This document shows, piece by piece, positions 51,896 through 61,895 of a stretch of DNA of 64,000 bases; positions within the stretch are counted from its first letter, which is position 1, and each line of letters begins with the position of its first letter. A program made the translations under genes and the position numbers. The notes below the pieces were generated by a model. The model was not told the origin of the DNA and did not search any database. It worked only from the letters and a program-made list of their open reading frames with translations. The stretch comes from Patescibacteria group bacterium (lineage in GTDB: Bacteria > Patescibacteriota > Microgenomatia > UBA1400 > PJMF01): contig JBGTEY010000011.1 in NCBI GenBank assembly GCA_041747555.1, forward strand, positions 12,696-76,695, in the 5' to 3' direction.

Positions 51896-53209
51896 TTAAG
51901 GCTTGAAAAGCGGGAATTTCAGTGCCATTTTGGTCACTTCTTTCCTAATTTCGAGCAAAAAAGGATCTGCAGTAGCTTTTTTCTTGAACTTACTTAAAAA
52001 TCCAGCCCATTTTTTTTGATCAGAGGGTAGTTTTTCCTCTGAAACATGCTCAATAACTTGTGCGATCCAGCCGGCAATTTTCTGCATTTCTGGCTCTTTC
52101 ATGCCTCGAGTTGTAACAAGCGGTGTGCCAATTCTGACACCTGATGGATAAAATGGTGAGCACGGCTCATGCGGAACTGTGTTTTTGTTGGCGTACATGC
52201 CTGCCACATCCATAGCAAATGCAACTTGGGTGCCGTGGCCTGGCGCAATTCCCGTCAAATCAATAAGCATCAGGTGAGTTTCAGTCCCGTCTCCGACGAG
52301 TTTGACGCCGTGTTTCATGAGTTCATCCGCAAGTGCTGTGGCGTTTTTTCTGATTTGCGTTGCGTATTTTTTAAATTGTGGAGCACTTGCCTCCTCTGCC
52401 GCAATCGCAATCGCCGCAGTTGTCGCATTGTGGGGACCACCTTGCAAGCCAGGGATGATGGCTGAGTCTATCTTGTCTCCTAATTTGGGATCTTTCTTCA
52501 TTCCTCGTTTGGTCACGAGAATCATTGCGCCTCGTGGACCACGAAAAGTCTTGTGCGTGGTCGACATAATCACATCAGCGTATGGCACCGGCGACATGTG
52601 TGCTCCGCCAATCACGAGACCCGTGATGTGAGAAATATCTGCCATCAACCAAGCGCCAACTTCATCAGCTATTTTTCTGAATTCTTTAAAATTGAGTTCA
52701 AAGGGATACGCAGTATTGCCCGCGACAATAACTTTGGGCGTATGTTTTTTTGCTAGTGCGCGAACCTCCTTAAAATCTATCCGAGCATTTTTGTCTAAAC
52801 CATACTGAACGGCATTGTAAAATCTACCTGAAGCTGTAACCCGAGGGTGCCCGTGGGTCAAATGTCCCCCCATTGCCAGCTTGAGACCCATCAGAGTGTC
52901 GCCTGGCTCCATAAGTGCAAAGTAGATAGCGGCGTTGGCTGGGGAGCCCGAATACGGCTGTACGTTGGCATAAGGCACGTCGAAGAGTTTGCATACACGG
53001 TTGATGGCTTCGCGCTCAATCTCATCAATGAATTCATTGCCCTCGTAAAATCGCTTACCGGCGTAGCCTTCTGAGTATTTGCTCGAGAGACAGCTGGATA
53101 GTACGGCAGAAACTTCTGGCGAGATATTATTTTCGGATGGAATTAAACCGATCATTTCGGTTTGGCGTTTTTTTTCTTGTTCGATGAGTTTGGTTATTTT
53201 TTTGGACAT
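51896..53209 (-). CDS. glyA: Serine hydroxymethyltransferase
   Basis: SEN, KYSEGY, GGHLTHG, STTHKTFRGPRG. Confidence 0.97.
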   Translation of the reverse strand: MSKKITKLIEQEKKRQTEMIGLIPSENNISPEVSAVLSSCLSSKYSEGYAGKRFYEGNEFIDEIEREAINRVCKLFDVPYANVQPYSGSPANAAIYFALMEPGDTLMGLKLAMGGHLTHGHPRVTASGRFYNAVQYGLDKNARIDFKEVRALAKKHTPKVIVAGNTAYPFELNFKEFRKIADEVGAWLMADISHITGLVIGGAHMSPVPYADVIMSTTHKTFRGPRGAMILVTKRGMKKDPKLGDKIDSAIIPGLQGGPHNATTAAIAIAAEEASAPQFKKYATQIRKNATALADELMKHGVKLVGDGTETHLMLIDLTGIAPGHGTQVAFAMDVAGMYANKNTVPHEPCSPFYPSGVRIGTPLVTTRGMKEPEMQKIAGWIAQVIEHVSEEKLPSDQKKWAGFLSKFKKKATADPFLLEIRKEVTKMALKFPLFKP

Positions 53210-53388
53210 GTGACTTTCGTGAAGTAGTACGTTTGTAAGGAAAAACCACAAAAAGCTGCGGATGTAGTTCAAAAAAAACCAACTTACAGTGTAGAAAATG
53301 ACACCTGGAATGTAAAATGCGCGCTGATCATGATACTGCCTTTTTGCTCATACACGGTATACTATATCATGCCGCAACAGAAAAAAGC

Positions 53389-54033
53389 ATGACCCCCACT
53401 AGAAAAAAACAACACTTCCAGAATTACCTCATCCACCCCAAAGCAGAGCGTGTACTGAGGCAAATTATCCTCAAGGACCTCGTATCAGCTCGAGGTAGTT
53501 ACGACAGGCAGCATACTGAAGCAGTAGTGTACTGGATGAAATACCTTCTGCAGCATGAACCGCTCTGTGCCGAGCTAGATAGCAGCGTCCTGATCACCGC
53601 GGCCTACGCACATGATTGGGGGTGGTCTGGAGTATTTTCTCAATCTAATCCTTCATACAAAGAGATGCTCAGCAAAAAATCACTACACATGAAAATCTCT
53701 GCCGATCGCATTTCGGAACTTCTCTACAATCGCCTCCGCTCTTTCTATACAGAAAAACAGCGGATTCGCATCATTCACCTCGTTGCAAATCATGATCGCA
53801 TTAATTTCTTACAAGACGCTGACGAATTTACACTGCTTGAGGCTGATACGCTGGGAATGATTGATGGGAGTCGAGTGGATTCGACACTAACGGCAAAGGA
53901 AAATGCACGTTTTATGAAAAATAGTATTTATGGCAAGCGATTGCCACGATTTATTCATGGAACAGCCACTAGGATTGCTCAGGACCTAATTGAGAAACGT
54001 GAGCACTATTATCCGGGAATTGGTGGAGGTTGA
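53389..54033 (+). CDS. HD-domain phosphohydrolase
   Basis: HT..V, AAYAHDWG, H, NHD, EAD. Confidence 0.8.
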   Translation: MTPTRKKQHFQNYLIHPKAERVLRQIILKDLVSARGSYDRQHTEAVVYWMKYLLQHEPLCAELDSSVLITAAYAHDWGWSGVFSQSNPSYKEMLSKKSLHMKISADRISELLYNRLRSFYTEKQRIRIIHLVANHDRINFLQDADEFTLLEADTLGMIDGSRVDSTLTAKENARFMKNSIYGKRLPRFIHGTATRIAQDLIEKREHYYPGIGGG

Positions 54034-55475
54034 GCGTCATCCTCGTCCGGCATTTGAATAAGCATAAGTGTTACAATTGCGTTCTCCTCGAGCCACTGCC
54101 ACACAATTAATCCGATTTCTGAACATGAGCTTTGGACCTTTTCATAAATTGAGTTTAGTAATTGGGACATGAACCTGTGATCGTTGTGGTTTTCATCACG
54201 TTCTCCAGCACTGTTTAGTTTTTTTCTAATCACAGACATGAGCTGGACTATTCCAGCGCCGATGGTTTTTCTTAGCTGAGTAATGGTAGCTGCTGATTCC
54301 TCACTCTCCCCCATCATGGACTCAAGCTGTTTTTCTGCATGTAAAATGGCGTCGATGTTGTCATTGATAGCTTGACCTTTCTTTGCGCGCATTAACTCAT
54401 TTCCTGCCAGTGAGTACTCGAGACACATCCCCATCTCGTACAAGGTTCGACCTAGTGACCCCGCAAGGACTCGATACAGTGTGTTGCATTCTTCAAATCC
54501 TTCGATCTCAACCATATGATCGATCAGTAATCGAGCTGCTCTGGCATTTTCAACGATAAATTGTGGATTTCCACCTGCCCCTACGTCTGCCATTGTAAGC
54601 AAAATGAAATGGTGCAGTGAGGTAAGTAATTGTTGATTTAGATTCTCAAGTTCTGCTTCGTCTCCTTGCTCAATTGCTTCAGCGCGATCTTTATAAAACG
54701 GTGACATCATGATAGCAGCGAGCTCTGGTGTATCCACAATATTCTTTGCATGTAGCTCTGGAGCATGATGCAGTGCCACCGGTGCAGTAAATATCCTTCT
54801 ACCCTCTGGGGTTGCCAAATTTAATGAGGAAAACAACTCAGAAACACCCGGTTGTGGATGATCATTGAGAGCGCTCGACTGTGACGCCCGAAACAATAAC
54901 TCGTCAAGTATGTGAGCACCTATAAATGAGTGATCTTGAGTAAAGTCATCCACTAGCTTAAACGTTGCGCCGTCGCTTTGGTCTAGTTGCGCGATAAAGT
55001 ATTTTCCAATATCGTGAAGAATGGTTTCCAGCCGCTGAATAGTTCGATGATATTGAGGATTTATTTCACCAGACGGATCGTCTGCTAATCGACTCACTTT
55101 AAGTACATGCTCGAGCGTACTCTCAAGTCTGCTGCTAAAAGTTAACGTTAAATTTTTGAACAGGGGTGAACGCGCAACTAATTTGGCATACATTGCATTG
55201 AGGTGTTGAGACCTATACTCAGGTCCCGAAACATTTGAAGTTTCTAAGATTTTGGCGAGTAAAGCTATAAAACCTTCAACGTCTGCTTCTAATGTATTCC
55301 ACGTAACACCCAAAGTATTATCGGCTCTTCTGTAAAACTCTGCATTTTTTTGTTTGAGAATTCTTTCAAATCTACGAAGTGCCGGCAATTTGTCTGATTC
55401 AAGCAAGTATAATCGGCGAATTTCCTCGACTTTTCGCGCGGGATTGAGGCCTTCAAGAGATGGGCTACTCGCCAT
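54009..55475 (-). CDS. HD-domain protein with helical extensions
   Basis: TLEHVL, LHDIGK, HS.IG, LHH, MAD. Confidence 0.75.
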   Translation of the reverse strand: MASSPSLEGLNPARKVEEIRRLYLLESDKLPALRRFERILKQKNAEFYRRADNTLGVTWNTLEADVEGFIALLAKILETSNVSGPEYRSQHLNAMYAKLVARSPLFKNLTLTFSSRLESTLEHVLKVSRLADDPSGEINPQYHRTIQRLETILHDIGKYFIAQLDQSDGATFKLVDDFTQDHSFIGAHILDELLFRASQSSALNDHPQPGVSELFSSLNLATPEGRRIFTAPVALHHAPELHAKNIVDTPELAAIMMSPFYKDRAEAIEQGDEAELENLNQQLLTSLHHFILLTMADVGAGGNPQFIVENARAARLLIDHMVEIEGFEECNTLYRVLAGSLGRTLYEMGMCLEYSLAGNELMRAKKGQAINDNIDAILHAEKQLESMMGESEESAATITQLRKTIGAGIVQLMSVIRKKLNSAGERDENHNDHRFMSQLLNSIYEKVQSSCSEIGLIVWQWLEENAIVTLMLIQMPDEDDAQPPPIPG

Positions 55476-55496
55476 ATATACCCCCTAGAACGCAAA

Positions 55497-55515
55497 AGCG
55501 CGCCTTTGGCGCGCT
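55497..55515 (-). terminator. Terminator/attenuator-like hairpin ahead of the HD gene start
   Basis: AGCGCGCC-AAA-GGCGCGCU followed by UUU. Confidence 0.5.
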
Positions 55516-55593
55516 CTCTCCTTCAGATTTCAATTTGCATTGAATCTTAAAAATAGTCAGATAGTTCTTTTCAAACTTCCTCATACTATAAAA

Positions 55594-55684
55594 AAACACT
55601 TGTGGCTTTCGGCTCAACTTGGTTTCCCTTCCTGACTTTCGTCATTCAGTTTCGTTACTTGGGAGCGAAAACGACTAAGTGTTT
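55594..55684 (-). ncRNA. Candidate structured RNA (multibranch, GAAA tetraloops)
   Basis: Long closing stem AAACACUU..UUUUCG.CUC / GAG.CGAAAG..AAGUGUUU enclosing UGAC-GAAA-GUCA and GG-GAAA-CC; TTGCTT-17-TACAAT promoter at 55716-55744. Confidence 0.45.
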
Positions 55685-55769
55685 CCGTCCTTGTTTTGTA
55701 TGTAAGTAATGTGTAATTGTACGTATTCTGCTTAATGAAAGCAAGTAGCAATTTTATGCGCTGATTCGG

Positions 55770-56432
55770 TCAGATTTTGGCCAGAATTGCTTTTAAAATC
55801 CTTGGATTGAACTGCATTGCGTGCAATCTTGATGCGATTTCATCCATCTCAATCCCCTGCTCTTTCCAACGAGACGACAAATCATAAACCGTTTCTTGAA
55901 ACTCGTAGGGAAAAATTACCCATAATACTGTTTCTGCACTGTAAAAATCAGGTTGAATGCTGGAATGGGGCTTAAAGAAAACCGTGGCTGTTGTGATCTG
56001 TGTAACGCCCTGCTCTTTGAGGTGATCAAGGGTAAATTGGAGCGACTGACCGGTATCTGCGATGTCGTCAAACAGTAGTATATGTTCGCTCGGGTCGAGT
56101 GGAGGCAACGCTTGATATACGGCAATATCACTCGATTGGTTCGAGATGCCATCATAGGTTCTGACGCCAAAACTCGCAACGGGAACACCGCCCAAGAAAT
56201 CAGACAGACTTCTCGCCATCGGCCAGCCACCTTTGGCCAAGGTAATGATTCTATCAATTGGATGCAATGATGTATGATTCGATATTTTCTGCGCAAGAGA
56301 AAAAACCTCTGCTTCAAGCTGAGCCCAGGTCAAACATAAGAATCTGATCGATTCATTTGGAAAGGTTACCTCGGAAAAAATAGTCTGCTCTGCAGCACCA
56401 TTTTCTTCGTTGTCATGATGCATATCGTGCAT
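55770..56432 (-). CDS. Type I phosphoribosyltransferase (HGPRT/XGPRT-like)
   Basis: LAKGG, ILLFDDIADTGQSL, PDFY, WVIFPYE. Confidence 0.9.
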   Translation of the reverse strand: MHDMHHDNEENGAAEQTIFSEVTFPNESIRFLCLTWAQLEAEVFSLAQKISNHTSLHPIDRIITLAKGGWPMARSLSDFLGGVPVASFGVRTYDGISNQSSDIAVYQALPPLDPSEHILLFDDIADTGQSLQFTLDHLKEQGVTQITTATVFFKPHSSIQPDFYSAETVLWVIFPYEFQETVYDLSSRWKEQGIEMDEIASRLHAMQFNPRILKAILAKI

Positions 56433-56476
56433 ATCAAGTTATCGTACTGATCGAAATGCTAGACTGCAAGTGACAG

Positions 56477-57364
56477 TTAGTTTGTGCTTTGATCGCTCGC
56501 TTGGTTTTTTAAAAATGCGAGTGTTCCCTGCAATTCTTGAGATAACGGCACTTCAACACTCTTTGTATCGCCCGTTCTTGGATGTAAAAATGTAATTTCA
56601 GCAGCATGAAGAAATAATCGCTCGCACCAGATTTTATCTTGTTTTACCCGTCTTTTTCCTCCATATATTTGGTCAGAAACTATCGGGTGTTGTAGCTGTG
56701 CCAAATGCACACGGAGTTGATGCGTTCGACCTGTTTTTGGATGGCATTCTACCAGTGAATACCCCTGCTCCGTTATTCCCGCACGATTATTTTGCTGTGC
56801 TCGATCTGATTTTCTACCTTCTTGTGACAAAGTTTCATAAAATTCAAGCACTTCATAACCCGTCACCGCAGGTCTCCCGGTAGGATCAATGGCCATTTTT
56901 TTTCTATCAAATTGACTTCTACCCAAAGGTAGTGAAATGGTGCCTGTTTCACTTGCAAAGCGTCCATGACAGAGCGCAAGATATGTTTTAAACACCGTTC
57001 TTTTTTGAAACTGTGACAACAGTGATACTAGTGCCCCAGGATTTTTAGCCCAAAGCAATGCGCCACTCGTTTCTCGATCTAATCGATGCACCATGCCGTC
57101 TCTTTGTGTAAAAATTTCTGTTGGCGAACCATATTCTGAAGTAAAATCTGCGGGCAACAGGCTTTCCCAATCAGACTGCTCATCAGAAATAGCATCACTG
57201 CCAAACTGCCCAACGATATAATCCCGCACTGCGGTCTGCAGCGTCACGCCCTGGACTGATTCTGCGTCATTTACCACCAAGCCCGCTGGCTTATCAAGAA
57301 CCAGCATGTCAGCATCCTCATACATAATCGGAATTGCTTGTGTTGGATGGGGAATATGGCTCAT
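56477..57364 (-). CDS. RluA/RluD-family pseudouridine synthase
   Basis: DKPAGL, VHRLDRETSG, TGRTHQLRVH, LFLHA. Confidence 0.95.
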   Translation of the reverse strand: MSHIPHPTQAIPIMYEDADMLVLDKPAGLVVNDAESVQGVTLQTAVRDYIVGQFGSDAISDEQSDWESLLPADFTSEYGSPTEIFTQRDGMVHRLDRETSGALLWAKNPGALVSLLSQFQKRTVFKTYLALCHGRFASETGTISLPLGRSQFDRKKMAIDPTGRPAVTGYEVLEFYETLSQEGRKSDRAQQNNRAGITEQGYSLVECHPKTGRTHQLRVHLAQLQHPIVSDQIYGGKRRVKQDKIWCERLFLHAAEITFLHPRTGDTKSVEVPLSQELQGTLAFLKNQASDQSTN

Positions 57365-57780
57365 CGTTCCCTAAAAACAATAATAGCTAAAGTAGTCACT
57401 ATCACAATATCTGCCAAATTATTGCGAACCCCTACTAATGGCATTGGTAGCCAATCACGCACCCCTCCAAAAATAATCCTATCCAGGATATTCGATGCGA
57501 CAGCTCCCCAGAATATTCCCGAGATTATCAAATTTTTCTGCCAAACATCTCTAAAATAAACCAAAATCCCAATCGTGACCGCCATAACCAAAAAGAGCGT
57601 AAATATTTCTGGGAGCGCAGTTCCAATTCCAAATGAAATACCCCTATTTATGGTGGTATCAAAGCCATTTTGATCAGCAAGCCACTTGGAAGTCTGATCA
57701 AGAATTAGCAGTACTATCCCAGCCAGCACGCTCAGAACGAGCGGAGAATTTCTAAACGTTTGTACGTAACTATGATTCAT
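57361..57780 (-). CDS. lspA: Lipoprotein signal peptidase II
   Basis: DQTSK, NRGISFG, SNILDRI, VRDW, NLAD. Confidence 0.85.
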   Translation of the reverse strand: MNHSYVQTFRNSPLVLSVLAGIVLLILDQTSKWLADQNGFDTTINRGISFGIGTALPEIFTLFLVMAVTIGILVYFRDVWQKNLIISGIFWGAVASNILDRIIFGGVRDWLPMPLVGVRNNLADIVIVTTLAIIVFRER

Positions 57781-58603
57781 GGGTAAACTGCTCAATTTTT
57801 ATCTTCTTAGGTCGCTTTTTTTTCAAAAATCCAATTACTCTCCCTGATCGAACATATAACAAACTAAGTCCAAACAACAGAAACACCACCAATGCCGTGC
57901 GCTCTAGAAATAACCCACCAATAGCAATTCTACTCGGTCGAATTACCGTCATGCCAAGCTCAATAACACTACTTAAAATTACAAACATCGCAAACACAAA
58001 CCCCGTCTGAGCTGTTTTCTTCCCTGATCGGTACCAAGAAAAAGTTCGATATCGGTACTCTACTCGAGATAAAAACCAAAATAATCCGCCATACGCCAGT
58101 GCCAAGTACAACTGCACCGGGTGCGCGGGCTCAAAAAGGCTCGGAAACTGCACTCCCCAAGGCATGGTTGTCGTGTAGCCACTCCCCCCACCTTGAAAAA
58201 ATTGCCCAATATTGACAAAAATCAACCCAATTGCCATAGCAGTTGCCCAAAAATCAAGTATCTCAAATTCATCCCATTTTTGCGCTCTACATCGCTTAAA
58301 AAGAACAATTGAAGCAACTATTGAGCCAGAAAAACTATCAAATCCCGGACTCCGAATCACGTCAAACCACTGCAACACATTAAAACCAAATTGTGGAAAA
58401 TTCAATGCAATATACCCAATTCGACTTGCCAATCCTCCAACCAACACCGCAATAAAAAACGCATCAAACAACTGCTCCTCGCTGTAGTGCTCTTCTCGAC
58501 CTCGGCGCCAAAACACAAAGCTCGCCGCAAAAAATCCAAGCAACGCAAACAAGGTCATCGTTCTGAAGGCAATCGGACCAATTGTAAATAATATCGGAAA
58601 CAT
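57770..58603 (-). CDS. lgt: Prolipoprotein diacylglyceryl transferase-like
   Basis: MFPILFTIGP, G..T.MPWGV.F, HPVQLY; adjacent to lspA. Confidence 0.8.
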   Translation of the reverse strand: MFPILFTIGPIAFRTMTLFALLGFFAASFVFWRRGREEHYSEEQLFDAFFIAVLVGGLASRIGYIALNFPQFGFNVLQWFDVIRSPGFDSFSGSIVASIVLFKRCRAQKWDEFEILDFWATAMAIGLIFVNIGQFFQGGGSGYTTTMPWGVQFPSLFEPAHPVQLYLALAYGGLFWFLSRVEYRYRTFSWYRSGKKTAQTGFVFAMFVILSSVIELGMTVIRPSRIAIGGLFLERTALVVFLLFGLSLLYVRSGRVIGFLKKKRPKKIKIEQFTHES

Positions 58604-58660
58604 AGTACCGTTGATTATACCGTTAGCTTCTCATCATGCACAGCTGATATACTACAAAAC

Positions 58661-59107
58661 ATGCTTTCTATCCCACATACCCTTACTGGCGCATTTTTAG
58701 CAAGTCGTCTTCCCCACCCTGCACTTTATATTCCTCTTACCCTTGGTATGCACTATCTTCAGGATTGGATTCCGCATTGGGATGTGGGGACGGGTTTATC
58801 ATCTGGAAAACGCAAGCGCAGTACGGCAATTTTACTTGAATTGGTCGAATTAGGAATTTCCGCGTATCTAGTACATCTCTTTTTCATAACCAGCAATCCA
58901 GAGCTCAGCCTTCATATTTGGGCAGGTGCACTCACGGGCATTGCCCCAGATTTGCTCGAATCACCAAGGAATTTCTTAAGATGGGAACCGTTCTTTCTCA
59001 AACCAATCAACGCGTTTCATGCTATGTTTCATCATTCTACGCCGTCAATGGTGATTGGGTTGTTGCCGCAGGTGGTGTTGGTTATTGTCTTATGGTTTCT
59101 AAGATAA
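58661..59107 (+). CDS. Membrane-bound metal-dependent hydrolase-like protein
   Basis: HTLTG, HY..DWIPHWD, PD, FH..FH. Confidence 0.65.
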   Translation: MLSIPHTLTGAFLASRLPHPALYIPLTLGMHYLQDWIPHWDVGTGLSSGKRKRSTAILLELVELGISAYLVHLFFITSNPELSLHIWAGALTGIAPDLLESPRNFLRWEPFFLKPINAFHAMFHHSTPSMVIGLLPQVVLVIVLWFLR

Positions 59108-59121
59108 AACTAAAAAACAGT

Positions 59122-60051
59122 TCACGCATGCTTCTCTAAAAACCTGTCAAAAGCCATCTCTCGAATGGTTGCACCTTCAGCTGTAAAATCATGTCCACTC
59201 GAGGTGGCAATGACAAATTCTGAATTATTATGCGTTGTGGCAAGCTCATGTGCTTTCTGAATTGGACAAAGAATGTCATACCGACCGTGAACAATAACCA
59301 TTGGTATATTCTTAATTTTTTCAATATTCTTCAAAATAAAATTGTCGGGAATAAATGCTGAATTCATTTCATAGTGAACGAATATTTTAACCGATGCAAT
59401 GTCTGCATCTGAAATATCCTCTGGGTTGGTATATGAAATTGGTGAAAGTGAAGAAAATAAATTATTCTCCCAATTTTGCACGCCAGCCGCAATTTCTTTT
59501 TGCTCGGCAGGGCTTGCTGCCTCAAGTTCTCTCAAAATATCTTCATTTTGCGTTTCAACTTGTATGTTAAATCGTTTAAAAAATGCCATTCGTTTTTCCC
59601 ACACATCTGGCAGAAGGCGCGAAGCACCGTGCTCTTGAGTCATTGCCCACTCAACAGAATCTCGATCAGCCAAAAATACGGCAGATATTAGAATACCCCG
59701 AGTTTTTTTGGGATGCTGAATTGCATACAACAATGCCAGTGTCGAACCCCAACTAGATCCAGCTACAAACCAAGTTTTTATATCAAGTTGTTCTCTTATT
59801 CGCTCTGCATCTGCTAACAAATCTTCCGTTGTATTGTGTTCGAGTTTTCCGAGAGGCGTACTTTTGCCACACCCACGCTGGTCAAACAAAATAACTCGGT
59901 ATTTTTTTAGATCAAACCGCTCTGCGTGCGCAGGCTTACTCCTTGAGCCAGGACCGCCATGAAAGGAAAGGATTGCAGGACCATCAAGATTTCCGTGTTC
60001 AGAAAAAGAAACACTGTGGCCGTTATTTTCTGGAAGTGTGTGAATGTTCAT
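59122..60051 (-). CDS. pip: Proline iminopeptidase (alpha/beta hydrolase)
   Basis: HGGPG, DQRGCGKS, GSSWG, GRYD, GH; start moved to avoid the tRNA. Confidence 0.88.
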   Translation of the reverse strand: MNIHTLPENNGHSVSFSEHGNLDGPAILSFHGGPGSRSKPAHAERFDLKKYRVILFDQRGCGKSTPLGKLEHNTTEDLLADAERIREQLDIKTWFVAGSSWGSTLALLYAIQHPKKTRGILISAVFLADRDSVEWAMTQEHGASRLLPDVWEKRMAFFKRFNIQVETQNEDILRELEAASPAEQKEIAAGVQNWENNLFSSLSPISYTNPEDISDADIASVKIFVHYEMNSAFIPDNFILKNIEKIKNIPMVIVHGRYDILCPIQKAHELATTHNNSEFVIATSSGHDFTAEGATIREMAFDRFLEKHA

Positions 60052-60073
60052 GCACTTTTGGTAATTTTTACCG

Positions 60074-60157
60074 TGCCTCGGGTGGGACTCGAACCCACAA
60101 GGTCGTGAAACCATGAGTTTTTGAGACTCACGCGTATACCAATTCCGCCACCGAGGC
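60074..60157 (-). tRNA. tRNA-Leu(CAA)
   Basis: GCCTCGG/CCGAGGC-A acceptor; TGAGT-CTCAAAA-ACTCA anticodon arm; long variable arm; GGTTCGAGTCC. Confidence 0.95.
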
Positions 60158-60242
60158 AATTTGTATGTCTTTTGATCGACAATGGAATAATTATACCTCA
60201 AGCTAGCTTGCTTTTTTAGGGGAATTCAGGCATTATTAATAC

Positions 60243-60479
60243 ATGGAAAGCCTCGAGTTGATTGCGACGTCAATTTTTTCACCAAATAGCATCTGGTCTG
60301 TAGTTGCCAGGGGTGTTGTGTGGCTACTTGTTGCGGTGGTGATTATTGTCAGCACTGACGCACCCGACCCCGTCCAGTCACTCAAAGACCTCAAGTCAAA
60401 CTTAGGGTTTTTTCTGATGTTTTTGATACTCTCTGGTGGACTCGTGTATTTGTTGTTTAGTTATGCCCCAGCGGCGTAA
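60243..60479 (+). CDS. Small two-TM hypothetical protein
   Basis: 78-aa ORF with two hydrophobic helices filling the gap. Confidence 0.65.
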   Translation: MESLELIATSIFSPNSIWSVVARGVVWLLVAVVIIVSTDAPDPVQSLKDLKSNLGFFLMFLILSGGLVYLLFSYAPAA

Positions 60480-60505
60480 TTTTTTGCTTTTTTCGATCTG
60501 GTTTT

Positions 60506-61825
60506 TTATTGCCCTTGCCGCGTTTCCATACCATAAAACTTAACGCGCTCACCCCTGAAGTACAGGTCAATGTCGCCGAGTGCGCCGTTACGGTGCTTAG
60601 CGATCTTGAGGTTAACCGATTCTCGAATATCTTCGTCTTTTCGATACAAAAACATCACTACGTCCGCGTCCTGCTCAATAGATCCAGATTCACGAAGATC
60701 AGACAGTTGTGGAACTTTCTCGCCCCTACTCTCAATCGCGCGAGACAACTGTGAGAGAGCTAGGACAGGAATCTTTAGCTCACGAGCAATGTTTTTTAAA
60801 CCTTGAGAAATTTCTGCAACTTCTTGGACACGATTGTCTCGGGAACGGCCATGTGCGAGCTGTAGATAATCAACGACTAAGAGATCGATAGAATGTTCGG
60901 TCATCAATCTACGCGCTCTGGTACGCATTTCAAAAATACTCATACCAGGCGTGTCATCGATATAAATCTTTGCATCTGCCAAAACACCCATCGCATCCGA
61001 AATCTTCAAGAAATCCTGCTGATCAAGCCGACCGGTCTTGAGTCGCCAGGCGTCGATATCAGCCTGAGAAACCAGTAAACGATCCACCAACTCTTCTCTA
61101 CTCATTTCAAGAGAAAACAATCCAATGCTCCGCTTGGCTGTGACAGAAACATGATGGGCAATATTCAGAGCAAGTGAAGTTTTACCCATACCAGGACGAG
61201 CAGCTAAAATTATTAGGTTAGACCGCTGCATACCCGCCAAGAGATGGTCGAGATCAGCGTACCCTGTTGGCACGCCACGAAGCTCATCTCCTGATTTCTG
61301 CAACTCATCGAGTCTTTCGAAACTTTCTACCAAGGTGTCTTTAATATGAATAAATGCCTTGCCGCCCTGCTGCTGACTGACTGAAAAAACATGCTGTTCT
61401 GCTTGATCGACGATGTCGGCTACGTCTTTGGAATCATCAAACGCTAAACTCGCGATTTCTGAACCCATATGGATGAGGCGACGTTTGACATACGCTTCTG
61501 AAACCAGCTTGGCATAATGCTCGACATTGGCTGCAGTGGAAATTTCATTTGATAACTTAGCAATTCCCGCACTTCCGCCTGCTGCTGACAATTTTTTTAG
61601 TTTTTTGAGCTGATTAGTTAAGGTAACGGCGTCGATTGGTTGACGTTTTTCATATAAAGCCTGCATGGCTTCGAAAATTACCTGATGCTGTTGCTCGTAA
61701 AAGCTCTCAGGCACGAGATATTCAGACGCAGTAACGATTGCATCAGGATCAATTAAAACCGCGCCAAGGGCTGAACGCTCTGCTCTGCTGTCGTGGGGCG
61801 GGACTCTCGCTGAAGTTGATGCCAT
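60506..61825 (-). CDS. dnaB: Replicative DNA helicase
   Basis: AARPGMGKT, FSLEM, VDYLQL, LSQLSR, DLRESGSIEQDAD. Confidence 0.98.
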   Translation of the reverse strand: MASTSARVPPHDSRAERSALGAVLIDPDAIVTASEYLVPESFYEQQHQVIFEAMQALYEKRQPIDAVTLTNQLKKLKKLSAAGGSAGIAKLSNEISTAANVEHYAKLVSEAYVKRRLIHMGSEIASLAFDDSKDVADIVDQAEQHVFSVSQQQGGKAFIHIKDTLVESFERLDELQKSGDELRGVPTGYADLDHLLAGMQRSNLIILAARPGMGKTSLALNIAHHVSVTAKRSIGLFSLEMSREELVDRLLVSQADIDAWRLKTGRLDQQDFLKISDAMGVLADAKIYIDDTPGMSIFEMRTRARRLMTEHSIDLLVVDYLQLAHGRSRDNRVQEVAEISQGLKNIARELKIPVLALSQLSRAIESRGEKVPQLSDLRESGSIEQDADVVMFLYRKDEDIRESVNLKIAKHRNGALGDIDLYFRGERVKFYGMETRQGQ

Positions 61826-61895
61826 AGTGTGCTTTGTGGTGCTAGTCGTGCTCGATCATTAGTGACCGTGACACAGGCAGGAAGTGCAAACTCGC

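Noticed and set aside
60052-60201. N-terminal extension of the pip ORF
   Set aside because: It is a translation through tRNA-Leu; the real start is likely 60051
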